In this document: positions 47,081 to 57,325 of the stretch, one piece after another | Layout: every line of letters starts with the position of its first letter | Numbering within the stretch: the stretch's first letter is position 1 | Virus record (IMG/VR): IMGVR_UViG_3300047094_001064 | Location: 1,140 to 65,139 of that record | Direction: 5' to 3' (one strand) | Source: a virus | Lineage: Duplodnaviria; Caudoviricetes | Length of the DNA: 64,000 nt | Translations under genes and position numbers: made by a program | The notes under the pieces: generated by a model | The model's input: only the letters and a program-made list of their open reading frames with translations | Told to the model about the DNA's origin: nothing | Databases searched by the model: none

Positions 47081-47088
47081 TATAAATA
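47081..47088 (+). promoter_or_regulatory. T4-type late promoter
   Basis: TATAAATA upstream of 47107. Confidence 0.7.
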
Positions 47089-47106
47089 TAGAGAAAAAGG
47101 TACTGA

Positions 47107-47391
47107 ATGGCTAACATAACTGCTACTATTAATTCTAATAATACAACTAGCGCACAGATTAACTCACCGACTTCAACGGGTCCTCAAAGAGTATCAATTA
47201 CTATACCTGCGGGTTCAGCAGTTGTTAATGGCCAATTACAATTAAAATTATTAGCAGATGTAGATACTGTAACGGAAGGTTTAAATGATGGCGCAATGTT
47301 ACAATATAGAGCAAGCGATCAAAAATTTGTTACACGTAACGAAATAATTACTACTACAGGAAATCTTACTATGAACGGAGGAGAGTACTAA
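47107..47391 (+). CDS. small structural protein
   Basis: L..L.DVD....L.DGA.L.Y.....KF, ends NGGEY. Confidence 0.65.
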   Translation: MANITATINSNNTTSAQINSPTSTGPQRVSITIPAGSAVVNGQLQLKLLADVDTVTEGLNDGAMLQYRASDQKFVTRNEIITTTGNLTMNGGEY

Positions 47392-47394
47392 TTA

Positions 47395-49521
47395 ATGGCA
47401 ACAATTTTAAGGATAAAACGTTCATCAGCTGCAGGAAAACCCGCTACACTTAAATTAGGGGAAATTGCTTATGCTTATGGTACTACGCCCGGTAGTTTTC
47501 CAAAACAATTATTTTTAGGGGTAGATGGTGTTGATGGAAATGGTGATGCCCAACGTATTGCAGTAATAGGTGGAGAATTTTTTACAGCATTATTAGATCA
47601 TGCACCAGGTACATTAACTGCTGGTTCAAGTATAATTGTAGATTCTAATAAAGCTATTGATTCTTTAATTATTGGTAACTCAACATCTTTAGGTGGTGAA
47701 TTACAATTAAAAGAAGCTACTGATAATGGTGCTAATTATATAGGATTAAAAGCTCCTAATAATGTTGCAGTAACTAAAGTTTATACACTACCTTTATTAG
47801 ATGGTAGTTCTGGACAGTATTTAAAAACTGATGGTAATGGCCAATTATCTTTTGGCGTTGCAGATGAATTTGTTATAGGAAATAATACTTCTTCAGGCGG
47901 GGTATTAAAATTAAATGAAGCGACAAATAATGGAACTAATTATGTAGGATTTCAAGCTCCTGTTGCTCTTGCTGGTAATCAAATTTGGACATTACCTGCA
48001 GTAGATGGAGCTAATGAAGAATATTTAAAGACAGATGGTGCAGGTAATTTATCTTTTGGTATAGCAAACAATATAAATGTAGGTAATAGTTCTTCTGTAA
48101 CTGGTAGTATTAGATTTAGAGAACTTACTACTAACGGAACAAATTATGTAGAATTAAAAGCTCCAACCGCACTTGCAGCTAATAGATCTTTTACTTTACC
48201 TTCAACAGATGGAACTGCTGGTCAATATTTAAAAACTGACGGTTCAGGTAATTTAGCTTTTCAAACAGTTGATACTACACTTGAAATATCCACTGATTCT
48301 GGTTCAGGATCTTTTGAAACAAATCAAACATTAACAATTGCCGGCGGTACAGCATTAGATTCATCTTTTGATGATGCGACAAATACAATTACAATTAATG
48401 TAACTAATAGTTCAATTGGTACAACTCAATTAACTGATGCTGGTGTTACAAACGTAAAATTAGCAAACTCTACAATCATATTAGGTAGTTCAACATTAAC
48501 TTTAGGTGCAACAACAACTGATATTGCAGGATTAACTTCTTTAGTAGTAGATGACATTACAATTAATGGTCAAACAATTTCAACAACTGCTTCAAATAAA
48601 GATATTACTTTAACTCCTCACGGAACAGGCACAGTTGTAGTTCCAGCAGGATATAAAGACAGAGCAGGATTTACTGATGATTCTTTAACAACAAAACAAT
48701 ATGTTGATTCAGTTGCTTCAGGTTTAAATGTAAAAGATTCTGTTAGAGCTGCTTCTACAGCAAATTTAGTTGCAACATATTCTAATGGAACATTCGGTGT
48801 AGGTGCAACATTAACATCTAATTCAAGTGGAAGAATTGTTTTAGATGATATTCTTGTTCCTTTAAATAGCAGAGTTTTAATTAAAGATCAAACTTTACAA
48901 GAACATAATGGTATATATAAAGTAACTGTAATTGGTGACAGTTCAACATCTTGGGTTTTAACAAGAGATGTAGAAGCTGATACATCAGCAGAATTAACTG
49001 GCGGTTCTTTTGTATTCGTTGAAGAAGGAACAATTGGTGCTGATAATGGTTACGTATTTACTCATACAGGTGCTCCAACAATGGGTAGTACTGCATTACC
49101 AGTTTCTCAATTTTCTGGTGCAGGACAAATTACTGCTGGAGCAGCATTATCTAAAATTGGTAATCAATTAGATGTAAATGTAGATAATAGTTCTATAGAA
49201 GTAAATGCTGATGCTTTAAGAATTAAAGCGTTAGGTGTAACAAATAGTATGTTAGCTGGTTCTATTGCAAATAGTAAATTAGCTTATCCTACAATTACAA
49301 TATCAGACGAAAGTTCTACACAAGGCTCTATATCTTTAGGTCAAAATTTTGAAATTTTGGCAGGAGAAGGTATAGATACACAAATTAATGGAAACATATT
49401 AAGAATTATTGGTGAATTGGCTTCAAATTCAAATATTGGAGTTGCGTCATTTCATTTAGATAATTTTGCAGTATCATCAGGTGTTGTTACTGTATCAACA
49501 ATAGACGGAGGAAGCTACTAA
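47395..49521 (+). CDS. tail fibre protein with Mtd-N-like start and three internal repeats
   Basis: I.IKRS.....P..L..GE.AY; three repeats E.T.NG.NY....AP...LP..DG..G.YLKTDG.G.L.F; K.YVD...GL.VKDSVR.A; ends DGGSY. Confidence 0.8.
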   Translation: MATILRIKRSSAAGKPATLKLGEIAYAYGTTPGSFPKQLFLGVDGVDGNGDAQRIAVIGGEFFTALLDHAPGTLTAGSSIIVDSNKAIDSLIIGNSTSLGGELQLKEATDNGANYIGLKAPNNVAVTKVYTLPLLDGSSGQYLKTDGNGQLSFGVADEFVIGNNTSSGGVLKLNEATNNGTNYVGFQAPVALAGNQIWTLPAVDGANEEYLKTDGAGNLSFGIANNINVGNSSSVTGSIRFRELTTNGTNYVELKAPTALAANRSFTLPSTDGTAGQYLKTDGSGNLAFQTVDTTLEISTDSGSGSFETNQTLTIAGGTALDSSFDDATNTITINVTNSSIGTTQLTDAGVTNVKLANSTIILGSSTLTLGATTTDIAGLTSLVVDDITINGQTISTTASNKDITLTPHGTGTVVVPAGYKDRAGFTDDSLTTKQYVDSVASGLNVKDSVRAASTANLVATYSNGTFGVGATLTSNSSGRIVLDDILVPLNSRVLIKDQTLQEHNGIYKVTVIGDSSTSWVLTRDVEADTSAELTGGSFVFVEEGTIGADNGYVFTHTGAPTMGSTALPVSQFSGAGQITAGAALSKIGNQLDVNVDNSSIEVNADALRIKALGVTNSMLAGSIANSKLAYPTITISDESSTQGSISLGQNFEILAGEGIDTQINGNILRIIGELASNSNIGVASFHLDNFAVSSGVVTVSTIDGGSY

Positions 49522-49661
49522 TGGCATTTTTAACTTGGCATTTAATTGCAATACTTACAGTTATGGCCGTATCTTTTTTAATAGGATATAGCGTAGGTAA
49601 AAAAGAAGATAGAAGAAATTACAATTATATTGATAGACTAAAAAATTTATTTAAAAAATAA
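49521..49661 (+). CDS. 46-aa single-TM peptide (not in ORF track)
   Basis: MAFLTWHLIAILTVMAVSFLIGYSVGKKEDRRNYNYIDRLKNLFKK; TAATG overlap; GGAGG upstream. Confidence 0.6.
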   Translation: MAFLTWHLIAILTVMAVSFLIGYSVGKKEDRRNYNYIDRLKNLFKK

Positions 49662-49668
49662 TTAAATT

Positions 49669-50049
49669 ATGACAACTGTAATTAAACCAAAACGTTCGGA
49701 AACCCTTAACGCCGTTCCTTTACCAGGTCAACTAGAAGTAGGAGAGTTGGCAATTAATATAACGGATGGTAAACTATTTACAAAAAAAACTGATGGTACT
49801 ATAAAAGAATTAGGAGGTGCCGGTGCAGTTAGTTTACAAGCGGCTACAAACTCTGGTAATATTACAACTAATGATATAGTATTGAATGGATCTAATTTAG
49901 TTTTCGAAGGAAGTATTGACGATACTTTTGAAACAATTTTAACTGTAGAAAATCCTACACAAGATAGAACAATTACAATACCAAATCAAAGTGGGGCATT
50001 AGCAATGGATGGAGATGCGTTAGCATACTCTATAGTTTTTGGATCATAG
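49669..50049 (+). CDS. short fibre-associated protein (Mtd-N-like start)
   Basis: IKPKRS.....P....LE.GELA.N..DGKLF, FEG...D.FET.L....PT.DR.IT.PN.SG, ends ALAYSIVFGS. Confidence 0.7.
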   Translation: MTTVIKPKRSETLNAVPLPGQLEVGELAINITDGKLFTKKTDGTIKELGGAGAVSLQAATNSGNITTNDIVLNGSNLVFEGSIDDTFETILTVENPTQDRTITIPNQSGALAMDGDALAYSIVFGS

Positions 50050-50057
50050 GATAAAAA

Positions 50058-50387
50058 ATGGCAAGTGCATTTAAAAGTAAAGCTGCAGTTTTAGGAACAG
50101 TTAATAGTTCAGCGGCAACTATATATACTTGTCCAGCAGGTACAAAGGCAGTTATACACGCAGTTTATATATCTAATACTAATGAAAGTTTAGATATTAA
50201 TGCTAGTATAACAATAACTGTTGATGCTGTATCTTATTTTTATTATTTGGGTAAAGATTTAAACGTGGTTTCCGGAAATACACTAGTATTAGATAAACCA
50301 ATAAACATGCAACAAAATGATAGATTGCGTGTATGGTGTGATGTTTCTGGGGGTAATGTTTTTTTAAGTATTTTAGAAATAACATAA
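50058..50387 (+). CDS. small beta-rich structural protein
   Basis: MAS.FK, IYTCP, ISN, ends SILEIT. Confidence 0.7.
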   Translation: MASAFKSKAAVLGTVNSSAATIYTCPAGTKAVIHAVYISNTNESLDINASITITVDAVSYFYYLGKDLNVVSGNTLVLDKPINMQQNDRLRVWCDVSGGNVFLSILEIT

Positions 50388-50394
50388 AAGGTTT

Positions 50395-50402
50395 TATAAA
50401 TA
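50395..50402 (+). promoter_or_regulatory. T4-type late promoter
   Basis: TATAAATA upstream of 50419. Confidence 0.7.
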
Positions 50403-50418
50403 GTAAGAAAGATTTTAA

Positions 50419-50838
50419 ATGGCATATCTAGTATCAACACAACCTGATATCGGCGGTTATAGTAGAACTGCTGCCGTACATACACTAAGAAAAGATGATA
50501 CTGGGATTTTATATTATACTAAAGTAAAGTTTTTTGGTGATAGTGGTACAATAGATTTATCAAATGGACAAGGATTTCCTTATTCAGTTGAGCAAGTTGA
50601 AACAGGATTAGCAACTGATGAACAAACATTACATAATACAATTCCACTATTAACTGATGAAGGAACTACTGTAAGAGATTATAATTATCTACATAGAAAT
50701 TATGATCAAATAAAAGTAGATCAAAAAAAAGTAACTTATTATGTTAACGACATTGGATTTTTAGTTGCAAGATATGATGCAAATTATTTATATTCAGCAA
50801 CACAAAATGGTGCAACAGCAAACTGGATTGCTCCATAA
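50419..50838 (+). CDS. hypothetical structural protein
   Basis: LR.D..G.LYYTK, YDQ......YYVND.G.LVAR; under a late promoter. Confidence 0.65.
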   Translation: MAYLVSTQPDIGGYSRTAAVHTLRKDDTGILYYTKVKFFGDSGTIDLSNGQGFPYSVEQVETGLATDEQTLHNTIPLLTDEGTTVRDYNYLHRNYDQIKVDQKKVTYYVNDIGFLVARYDANYLYSATQNGATANWIAP

Positions 50839-50854
50839 ACAAAAAGAGAGATAG

Positions 50855-53800
50855 ATGGCAGATTTTATTTTAGGTCGTATTAAGTTTCACTTTGTTGGTG
50901 ATTGGGTTACAGCATATTCATACATAAAAGATGATGTTGTAAGATTTGGTGGTAACGCTTTTGTTTGTAAAGTTAATCACACGTCTGCTGCAAGTTTTTA
51001 TACAGATTTAAATTTTGCTACACCAAGATGGGCAAAAATGACAGCAGGTACCGAGTTCAAAGGTAACTGGACTGCAACAACAGTTTATAAACTTGACGAT
51101 ATTGTTAAATGGGGTGCTTACATATATATTTGTAACACTGCTCACACATCTCAAGCTAATTTATACCAAGATGAAGCCAAATGGACAATATACAATACAG
51201 GTTTTGATTGGAAAGGTAATTTTGCTAACGGTGTTGCATACAAATTAAATGATGTTGTAAAATATGGACCTTCTTTATATATTTGTACAGACGATCATAC
51301 TTCATCAGGTTCTGTAATTAATTTAACAAAATTTACTTTATTCGTTCCAGGATTAGAATTTGAAGATACTTGGAATGCAGGAACATCATATCAACCAGGA
51401 GATATAGTAGCTTACGGTGGTTATGTATATACAGCAATTTTATCAAATACTGGTGTTGTACCTTATGCAAATACAGCAACTTGGGAAGTATTTACAACAG
51501 GATTTAAATTAGAAGGTATATTTAATCCAGCTACATTTTATAAAGTAGGAAGCGTAGTTAAATTTGGTGGTGGCGTATTTGTTGCAATACAAAATACTAC
51601 AGGCAATTCACCAGATCCTACATTTGGTGGTGGAGCTTATTGGGAACAAATCCAAGATGGTATAAACTGGAGAGATACTTGGTCTGTAGGTCTTGATTAT
51701 TTACCAGGAGATTCAGTATCATACGGTTCATCATCATATAGAGCAAAAGTTTCTCACACAGCTTCAAATGGTTCTGATAGACCAGATAATGATACAACAG
51801 GATTATATTGGGATTTACTTGCAGAAGGAGATTCAAATTTTGCATTAACTACAAGAGGAGATTTACTAACACGTAATGCTTCTGTTAATACAAGATTAGC
51901 TATAGGTGGTTCAGGAACTTTCTTAAAAAGTGATGGAACAGATCCTGTATGGTCACATAGAACAGGAACAACAAACGTATTATGGGTTGCACCTCACGGT
52001 ACAGACGACACTGCAACTGCAAGAGGTTTATCTGAAGATAGACCATATTTAACAATTAGATATGCTGCGACAAGAGCATTAGCACTTGGAGGCACAGGAA
52101 CAATTCACGTAAAAACTGGACAGTATAATGAGTTATGTCCTATTAGAGTTCCAGCTAACTGGTGTGTACTAGGAGAAGAATTAAGATCAACAAGAATATC
52201 ACCTAATACTTCACAAGATTTAGGTTTTGGTGTAGGTATATCTGCAGATGGTTCTACACCTAATAATAGATCAAAAATGTTCTTAATGAATAATGGAACA
52301 GGATTAAGAAACTGTACATTAACAGGTATGACAGGAGTATTTAATTCTGCTGATGCTTATGGAACAGTTACAGTTGACGGAGGTCAATATGTAGCTTTTG
52401 ATCCTGCTGGAGCAATTACATCTAAGTCTCCATATGTTCAAGGTGTTTCAACATTTGGTACAAGATGTGTAGGAATGAGATTAGATGGTAGTGTACAAGC
52501 ATCAGGTTATAAAACTATGGTTGCTAATGACTTCACACAAATATTAGATGACGGTATTGGTATATGGGCAAGTAATAATGCTAGAGCTGAATTAGTTTCT
52601 GTATTTACATATTACAATAAAATAGGTTATCTTGCACAGTCTGGTTCAGTTCTGCGTGCTACTAATGGTAATAACTCTTATGGAGATTACGGTAGCGTAG
52701 CTTCAGGATTTGATGCAACTGAAACTCCTTACACTGCAACAGTTAATAATAGAGATAATGAAGCACAAGTAGGAAGAACATTAATTGCAAACGGAGCTGT
52801 TTCTCGTTTAGAATTTTTATACGCAGGAGAAAATTATACAACTGCTTCATACACATTTTCAGGAACAGGTTCTGGTGCATCTGTATCAGGTACAACATTT
52901 GCTAATAACGGAGTAAAATATATTGATGTTGTTACAGGTGGAGCAAATCATAGAATAGCATCGAGTTTTGCTCAAACAGGAAATACTACACAAATTACAC
53001 TTACTGCATCTGATACTGCAAGTACAAGTAGTTACAATGGTATGAGAATTAACCTTGTAGATGGAACAGGCGCAGGACAGACAGGTATAATTTCAACATA
53101 TAATGGTGGTACAAAAGTTGCAACTATAGTTGATGAAGCAGGTAATCCGGGTTGGGATACTTGGACAGGTGCTTCAGTTGTTGCTACTTTAGATACAACA
53201 ACAAAATATGAAATAGAACCTAGAGTTAGAATTAATGGTGGTGGACCTACAAATACTGCAAAAGCTAGAGCTGTTGTAGAAGGTGGAGCTATAGTAAGAA
53301 TATATATTTTAGATTCTGGTTCAGGATATGTATCAACTCCAAGTGTTGTAATTACAGATCCAAATGCAACTGTTTTAGGAACTGGACAAGTAGTTTTAGG
53401 TTCAGGTGTTATTAGAACTGTTGCTTTCTCATCAGGAGGAAGTGGATTCGAACAATTATCAGCTGCTACAACAGTTGCTGGTGATGGTTTTGCTGAAATT
53501 AAACCTATAGGTTCTATTGTAAAAATTGCAGGATTATCACAAGAGCCTAGACCTGGTGCTTCTTTTCAGTTTGCTGGTGATTCTATTACAAATTACTTTG
53601 TTGTTTCTGTAGGAAGTTATACACCCAATTCAGTAGGTGGTGGTGGTGGAACAGCTCAATTAAGTGTATCTCCTTCAATTGTAAAATCTGTTTCTCCTAA
53701 TCACGCCGTAACAGTTACATTTAGAGAAAGATATTCAAACATTAGATTAACAGGTCACGATTTTTTAAATATAGGAACAGGCGGATTTACTAGTACAAAT

Positions 53801-54529
53801 TATCCAGGAATTCCAGCTATTGCTCCTGATCAAACTAAAGAAGTTGAAGAAAGAAATTTAGGTAGAGTATTCTATACAAGCACAGACCAAGATGGTAATT
53901 TTAGAGTTGGTAGTTTATTCAGAATTGAACAGGCAACAGGTATTGCAACTTTAAATGCTGAAGCTTTTGATTTAACAGGATTATCTGAAATTTCTCTAAT
54001 ACCTATTTCAGGATTTTCAAGTGTAGTTGAAGAATTTTCTTCAGATGGAACATTAGTTGCTAATTCAAATAGTAAATTACCTACACAACAAGCTGTTAAA
54101 ACTTATATTGATACACAACTTGGAGGTGGTGGTAACGATTTAGTTGTTAACAGTGCAAGAGCAGGATTAGTTAGAATTACAGGTGGAACAATATCAACTT
54201 TTGATGGTGGTTCTGCTTCATTAAATTTATCTATAGAAACTCAAGGTGCTGGAATAATTACATTTAACGATCAAACTCAAATTGGTATAGTTCCAAGTGC
54301 AAATAATGATATCACAAATAAATCATATGTTGATGATAATGCTACTGAATCATTACAAACTTTAACAATTACAGCTAATAATGAAATTCAATCAGCAAAA
54401 ATAACAAACTACAACAGTGGTGCACAAAATGTTGTAATAGAAAATTATGATACTTCTTCTCTAATAAGCAAAAACACGTCTATGAGTGTAAACGCTAATG
54501 GAAGACTTATTATAACATTACCCCTATAG
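50855..54529 (+). CDS. tail fibre/spike with about six N-terminal CBM5/12-like repeats and a beta-helix region
   Basis: Repeats W...Y..DD.V.[YF]G...Y.C...HT; then V...G.D....G.....PY.TI..A, GEELRS, SPYVQ.V.TFG, ANDFTQ, AELVSVFTYY, TDQDGNFRVG. Confidence 0.78.
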   Translation: MADFILGRIKFHFVGDWVTAYSYIKDDVVRFGGNAFVCKVNHTSAASFYTDLNFATPRWAKMTAGTEFKGNWTATTVYKLDDIVKWGAYIYICNTAHTSQANLYQDEAKWTIYNTGFDWKGNFANGVAYKLNDVVKYGPSLYICTDDHTSSGSVINLTKFTLFVPGLEFEDTWNAGTSYQPGDIVAYGGYVYTAILSNTGVVPYANTATWEVFTTGFKLEGIFNPATFYKVGSVVKFGGGVFVAIQNTTGNSPDPTFGGGAYWEQIQDGINWRDTWSVGLDYLPGDSVSYGSSSYRAKVSHTASNGSDRPDNDTTGLYWDLLAEGDSNFALTTRGDLLTRNASVNTRLAIGGSGTFLKSDGTDPVWSHRTGTTNVLWVAPHGTDDTATARGLSEDRPYLTIRYAATRALALGGTGTIHVKTGQYNELCPIRVPANWCVLGEELRSTRISPNTSQDLGFGVGISADGSTPNNRSKMFLMNNGTGLRNCTLTGMTGVFNSADAYGTVTVDGGQYVAFDPAGAITSKSPYVQGVSTFGTRCVGMRLDGSVQASGYKTMVANDFTQILDDGIGIWASNNARAELVSVFTYYNKIGYLAQSGSVLRATNGNNSYGDYGSVASGFDATETPYTATVNNRDNEAQVGRTLIANGAVSRLEFLYAGENYTTASYTFSGTGSGASVSGTTFANNGVKYIDVVTGGANHRIASSFAQTGNTTQITLTASDTASTSSYNGMRINLVDGTGAGQTGIISTYNGGTKVATIVDEAGNPGWDTWTGASVVATLDTTTKYEIEPRVRINGGGPTNTAKARAVVEGGAIVRIYILDSGSGYVSTPSVVITDPNATVLGTGQVVLGSGVIRTVAFSSGGSGFEQLSAATTVAGDGFAEIKPIGSIVKIAGLSQEPRPGASFQFAGDSITNYFVVSVGSYTPNSVGGGGGTAQLSVSPSIVKSVSPNHAVTVTFRERYSNIRLTGHDFLNIGTGGFTSTNYPGIPAIAPDQTKEVEERNLGRVFYTSTDQDGNFRVGSLFRIEQATGIATLNAEAFDLTGLSEISLIPISGFSSVVEEFSSDGTLVANSNSKLPTQQAVKTYIDTQLGGGGNDLVVNSARAGLVRITGGTISTFDGGSASLNLSIETQGAGIITFNDQTQIGIVPSANNDITNKSYVDDNATESLQTLTITANNEIQSAKITNYNSGAQNVVIENYDTSSLISKNTSMSVNANGRLIITLPL

Positions 54530-54537
54530 TTTATGAA

Positions 54538-54545
54538 TATAAATA
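54538..54545 (+). promoter_or_regulatory. T4-type late promoter
   Basis: TATAAATA upstream of 54571. Confidence 0.7.
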
Positions 54546-54570
54546 CTAATACAAAAGGATATATATTATA

Positions 54571-57318
54571 ATGGCAATTACAACTTCAATTTTAGGAAAT
54601 TTACAGTTTAGATATAGAGGTACTTACAGTGGTGCCACAGCGTACATAATTGATGATGTTGTAGATTTTAATGGTACAGAATATGTTTGTACTCAAAATA
54701 CAACAGGTAATTCGCCTACTGCAAATCCTGAAACAAAAGCCAGAGTTACTGTATCAGGATCTACGTTTTTTATCAATGGTACAACAAATCCTATTTTGAA
54801 TGAAAAAAGAGGAGAAAAAATTATATTTGATCAAGATGATGCATCAAATGCCAATCACGTATTACAGTTTGCTACAACAAGTACATCTCAAACATCAAAT
54901 TACTATACAACAAACGTATCTTATTTTTTAAATAATGTAAACGTAACTGAAACTGTATATAGAAATACTACAACTTTTAATGCTGCATCAAGAAGAAGAA
55001 TTGAAATAACATTAGATAGTACTGCTCCAAGCACTCTTTGGTATTTTTCAAATGCTGGTGGTGCAAGTTATGGTAATTCAATTGCAATTACAAACGTACT
55101 TTATTGGAAACCATTAAGATATGCTTTTAATTTTAGAGGAAATCATAATAATACATCAACACTATATAGAGTTGGTGATGTTGTAAGAGTAGTTCCTAGA
55201 GTTAATAATAATAATCAAACATATATGCCAGGTCAATTTGTTGATTCTGAAGCATTTTATATTTGTACTGAAGAACATACATCAGGAGGAACAGATACAT
55301 CTTTACCTCAAAACAATACAAATACAAACAAAATTAATAACAAATGGAATTTATTAGAATCAGAATATGATTATGATGATAATTCATTTACTGTTAGAGG
55401 AGATATTTTAACTGTAACAACATCTACAGCAGCAAATGCTTTAAGAACTGCTGGTACATATATGGGAGTTCAAGGAACCGCATCAGGCTCTCCAACAGAT
55501 CCAGCGTTATTTGATATAATAGTTGCACCAACTACTGGAGCAATTTCTTTAGTATCTGTAAGTTGGGGTGGATTAGGATATGCAGAAGGTGGTACAGTAA
55601 CTATTACTGATGCCAATTTAGGAGCAGGTGGCGCACCTAACGTAGTATTAGACATCACTTCAGTAGGAAAATATGTAAGAGGTCAAAATGCTATGTTTAC
55701 AGGTAATCATAGAGACTGTATTGCATTAGCTAATAGAGATGGTGTTATAGGACAGAATGAAAGATGGTATAGAAAATATGGACATCACAATGGAAAAAAC
55801 GTTGTTGATTGGCCTTGTTTTATTGATGGTTCAGGAGGAATTAAAACTTGGGGTTCTACATCTACAGGTCAAAATGGAGTTATAAGTGCACAAAGAGTTG
55901 CAACAAGTATGTGTTTTACTTTCCACGATTGGTACAGAAGTACTGATAATGGTGGTACGGGTATACACACAACACCAGATGGACAAGTTCCAAAATGTAT
56001 TCAATTAGAAGCTGGTTATAGTAGTGGTATGGCTTTATTCAACAATGGAGAAGTTTACCATTGGGGTTATGGTGGTCACGGTCAACACGGAGATGCTTCA
56101 ACAACAGATAGAGCATATCCTGTACGTGTAGGTGGTACATACGGTAACGTATTTGGTGCAGCTAATACAGCAAACCATACTTTTTTAAATACTAAAATTG
56201 TAAAAATTTGGATTTCAAATAAATATTCTGACGACACAACTACTCACACTTGTTATGCTTTAGATGATACAGGTGGATTATGGGCTTGGGGTTATAACTT
56301 GTACGGACAGTTAGGTGATAACAGTACAACAAATAGAAGTCAACCTCAACTAATTAATAAAACTTCATATTTTAATGGAAATAATATTGTAGCTTTTTGG
56401 ACTGCTGGTGGCGCATATGTACATTGTATGGCATTAGATAATGCAAATAGATTATATGTTTGGGGTTATAACGGTTACGGACAATTAGGCGATAACAGTA
56501 CAACTCAAAGAAACGTTCCTGTAGAAATTACATCTCCACTGTTTACTGATGCTGGTGTTGGAAAAATTGCAAAAGTTTTAAAAGATGACCACGGTTCATA
56601 TGGTAGAACAGCAATTTTAACAGACAAAGGTAGAGTATTTGGTTGTGGTTATAATGCTTATGGTTGGATGGGAAATAACAACACTACACAATTAAATATA
56701 TTAACTCAAATTGGTTCTGGCGTAGGTTCAGCTTCCAATCCAACTTGCGTAAATATGTGGTTTACAGGAAATGGTCAATACCATTCAATGTTTACTAAAG
56801 CTTTAAATGGAACAATTTCTGCTTATGGTAGAAATAATAATTTTCAATTAGGTGATACTACATCTACTGATAGAACAGTTGCAGTAACTCCTAACTGGAG
56901 AATTAGAGGTACAAATTATGCATTAAGAGATGTTAAGTGTATATCTGGACATTCGTCTGGTGATCATCACCGAACATACGTATTAACTAATTCTGGTTGG
57001 TTATTTGTAGCTGGAAGAAATAATTTTGGTTGTTCATCTATGGGGTTCTCATCAACTTATGTGCATGACAGAAGTAATCCTAATGGTATAGAAGAAAGTA
57101 CATCACAAGTATTTCAAATACCTAGAATGATGAACGATATGCAAGGTAATATAGAAGATGCACAAGGTTTTGGATACGGTACATCAAACGTATATTTCCG
57201 TACAGAAGTAAAAACAAAAGACAATAGATATATGAGTTCTGGTTATTCTGGTTCACAAATGAGTGGACACAACAGTAACCCTAGTGAAACACAATTTCAA
57301 CCACCTAACTTAGGATAA
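54571..57318 (+). CDS. RCC1/BLIP-II repeat beta-propeller protein (putative receptor-binding protein)
   Basis: Repeated G.[LV][WY].WGYN.YGQLGDNSTT.R..P blades. Confidence 0.82.
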   Translation: MAITTSILGNLQFRYRGTYSGATAYIIDDVVDFNGTEYVCTQNTTGNSPTANPETKARVTVSGSTFFINGTTNPILNEKRGEKIIFDQDDASNANHVLQFATTSTSQTSNYYTTNVSYFLNNVNVTETVYRNTTTFNAASRRRIEITLDSTAPSTLWYFSNAGGASYGNSIAITNVLYWKPLRYAFNFRGNHNNTSTLYRVGDVVRVVPRVNNNNQTYMPGQFVDSEAFYICTEEHTSGGTDTSLPQNNTNTNKINNKWNLLESEYDYDDNSFTVRGDILTVTTSTAANALRTAGTYMGVQGTASGSPTDPALFDIIVAPTTGAISLVSVSWGGLGYAEGGTVTITDANLGAGGAPNVVLDITSVGKYVRGQNAMFTGNHRDCIALANRDGVIGQNERWYRKYGHHNGKNVVDWPCFIDGSGGIKTWGSTSTGQNGVISAQRVATSMCFTFHDWYRSTDNGGTGIHTTPDGQVPKCIQLEAGYSSGMALFNNGEVYHWGYGGHGQHGDASTTDRAYPVRVGGTYGNVFGAANTANHTFLNTKIVKIWISNKYSDDTTTHTCYALDDTGGLWAWGYNLYGQLGDNSTTNRSQPQLINKTSYFNGNNIVAFWTAGGAYVHCMALDNANRLYVWGYNGYGQLGDNSTTQRNVPVEITSPLFTDAGVGKIAKVLKDDHGSYGRTAILTDKGRVFGCGYNAYGWMGNNNTTQLNILTQIGSGVGSASNPTCVNMWFTGNGQYHSMFTKALNGTISAYGRNNNFQLGDTTSTDRTVAVTPNWRIRGTNYALRDVKCISGHSSGDHHRTYVLTNSGWLFVAGRNNFGCSSMGFSSTYVHDRSNPNGIEESTSQVFQIPRMMNDMQGNIEDAQGFGYGTSNVYFRTEVKTKDNRYMSSGYSGSQMSGHNSNPSETQFQPPNLG

Positions 57319-57325
57319 ATATAAT

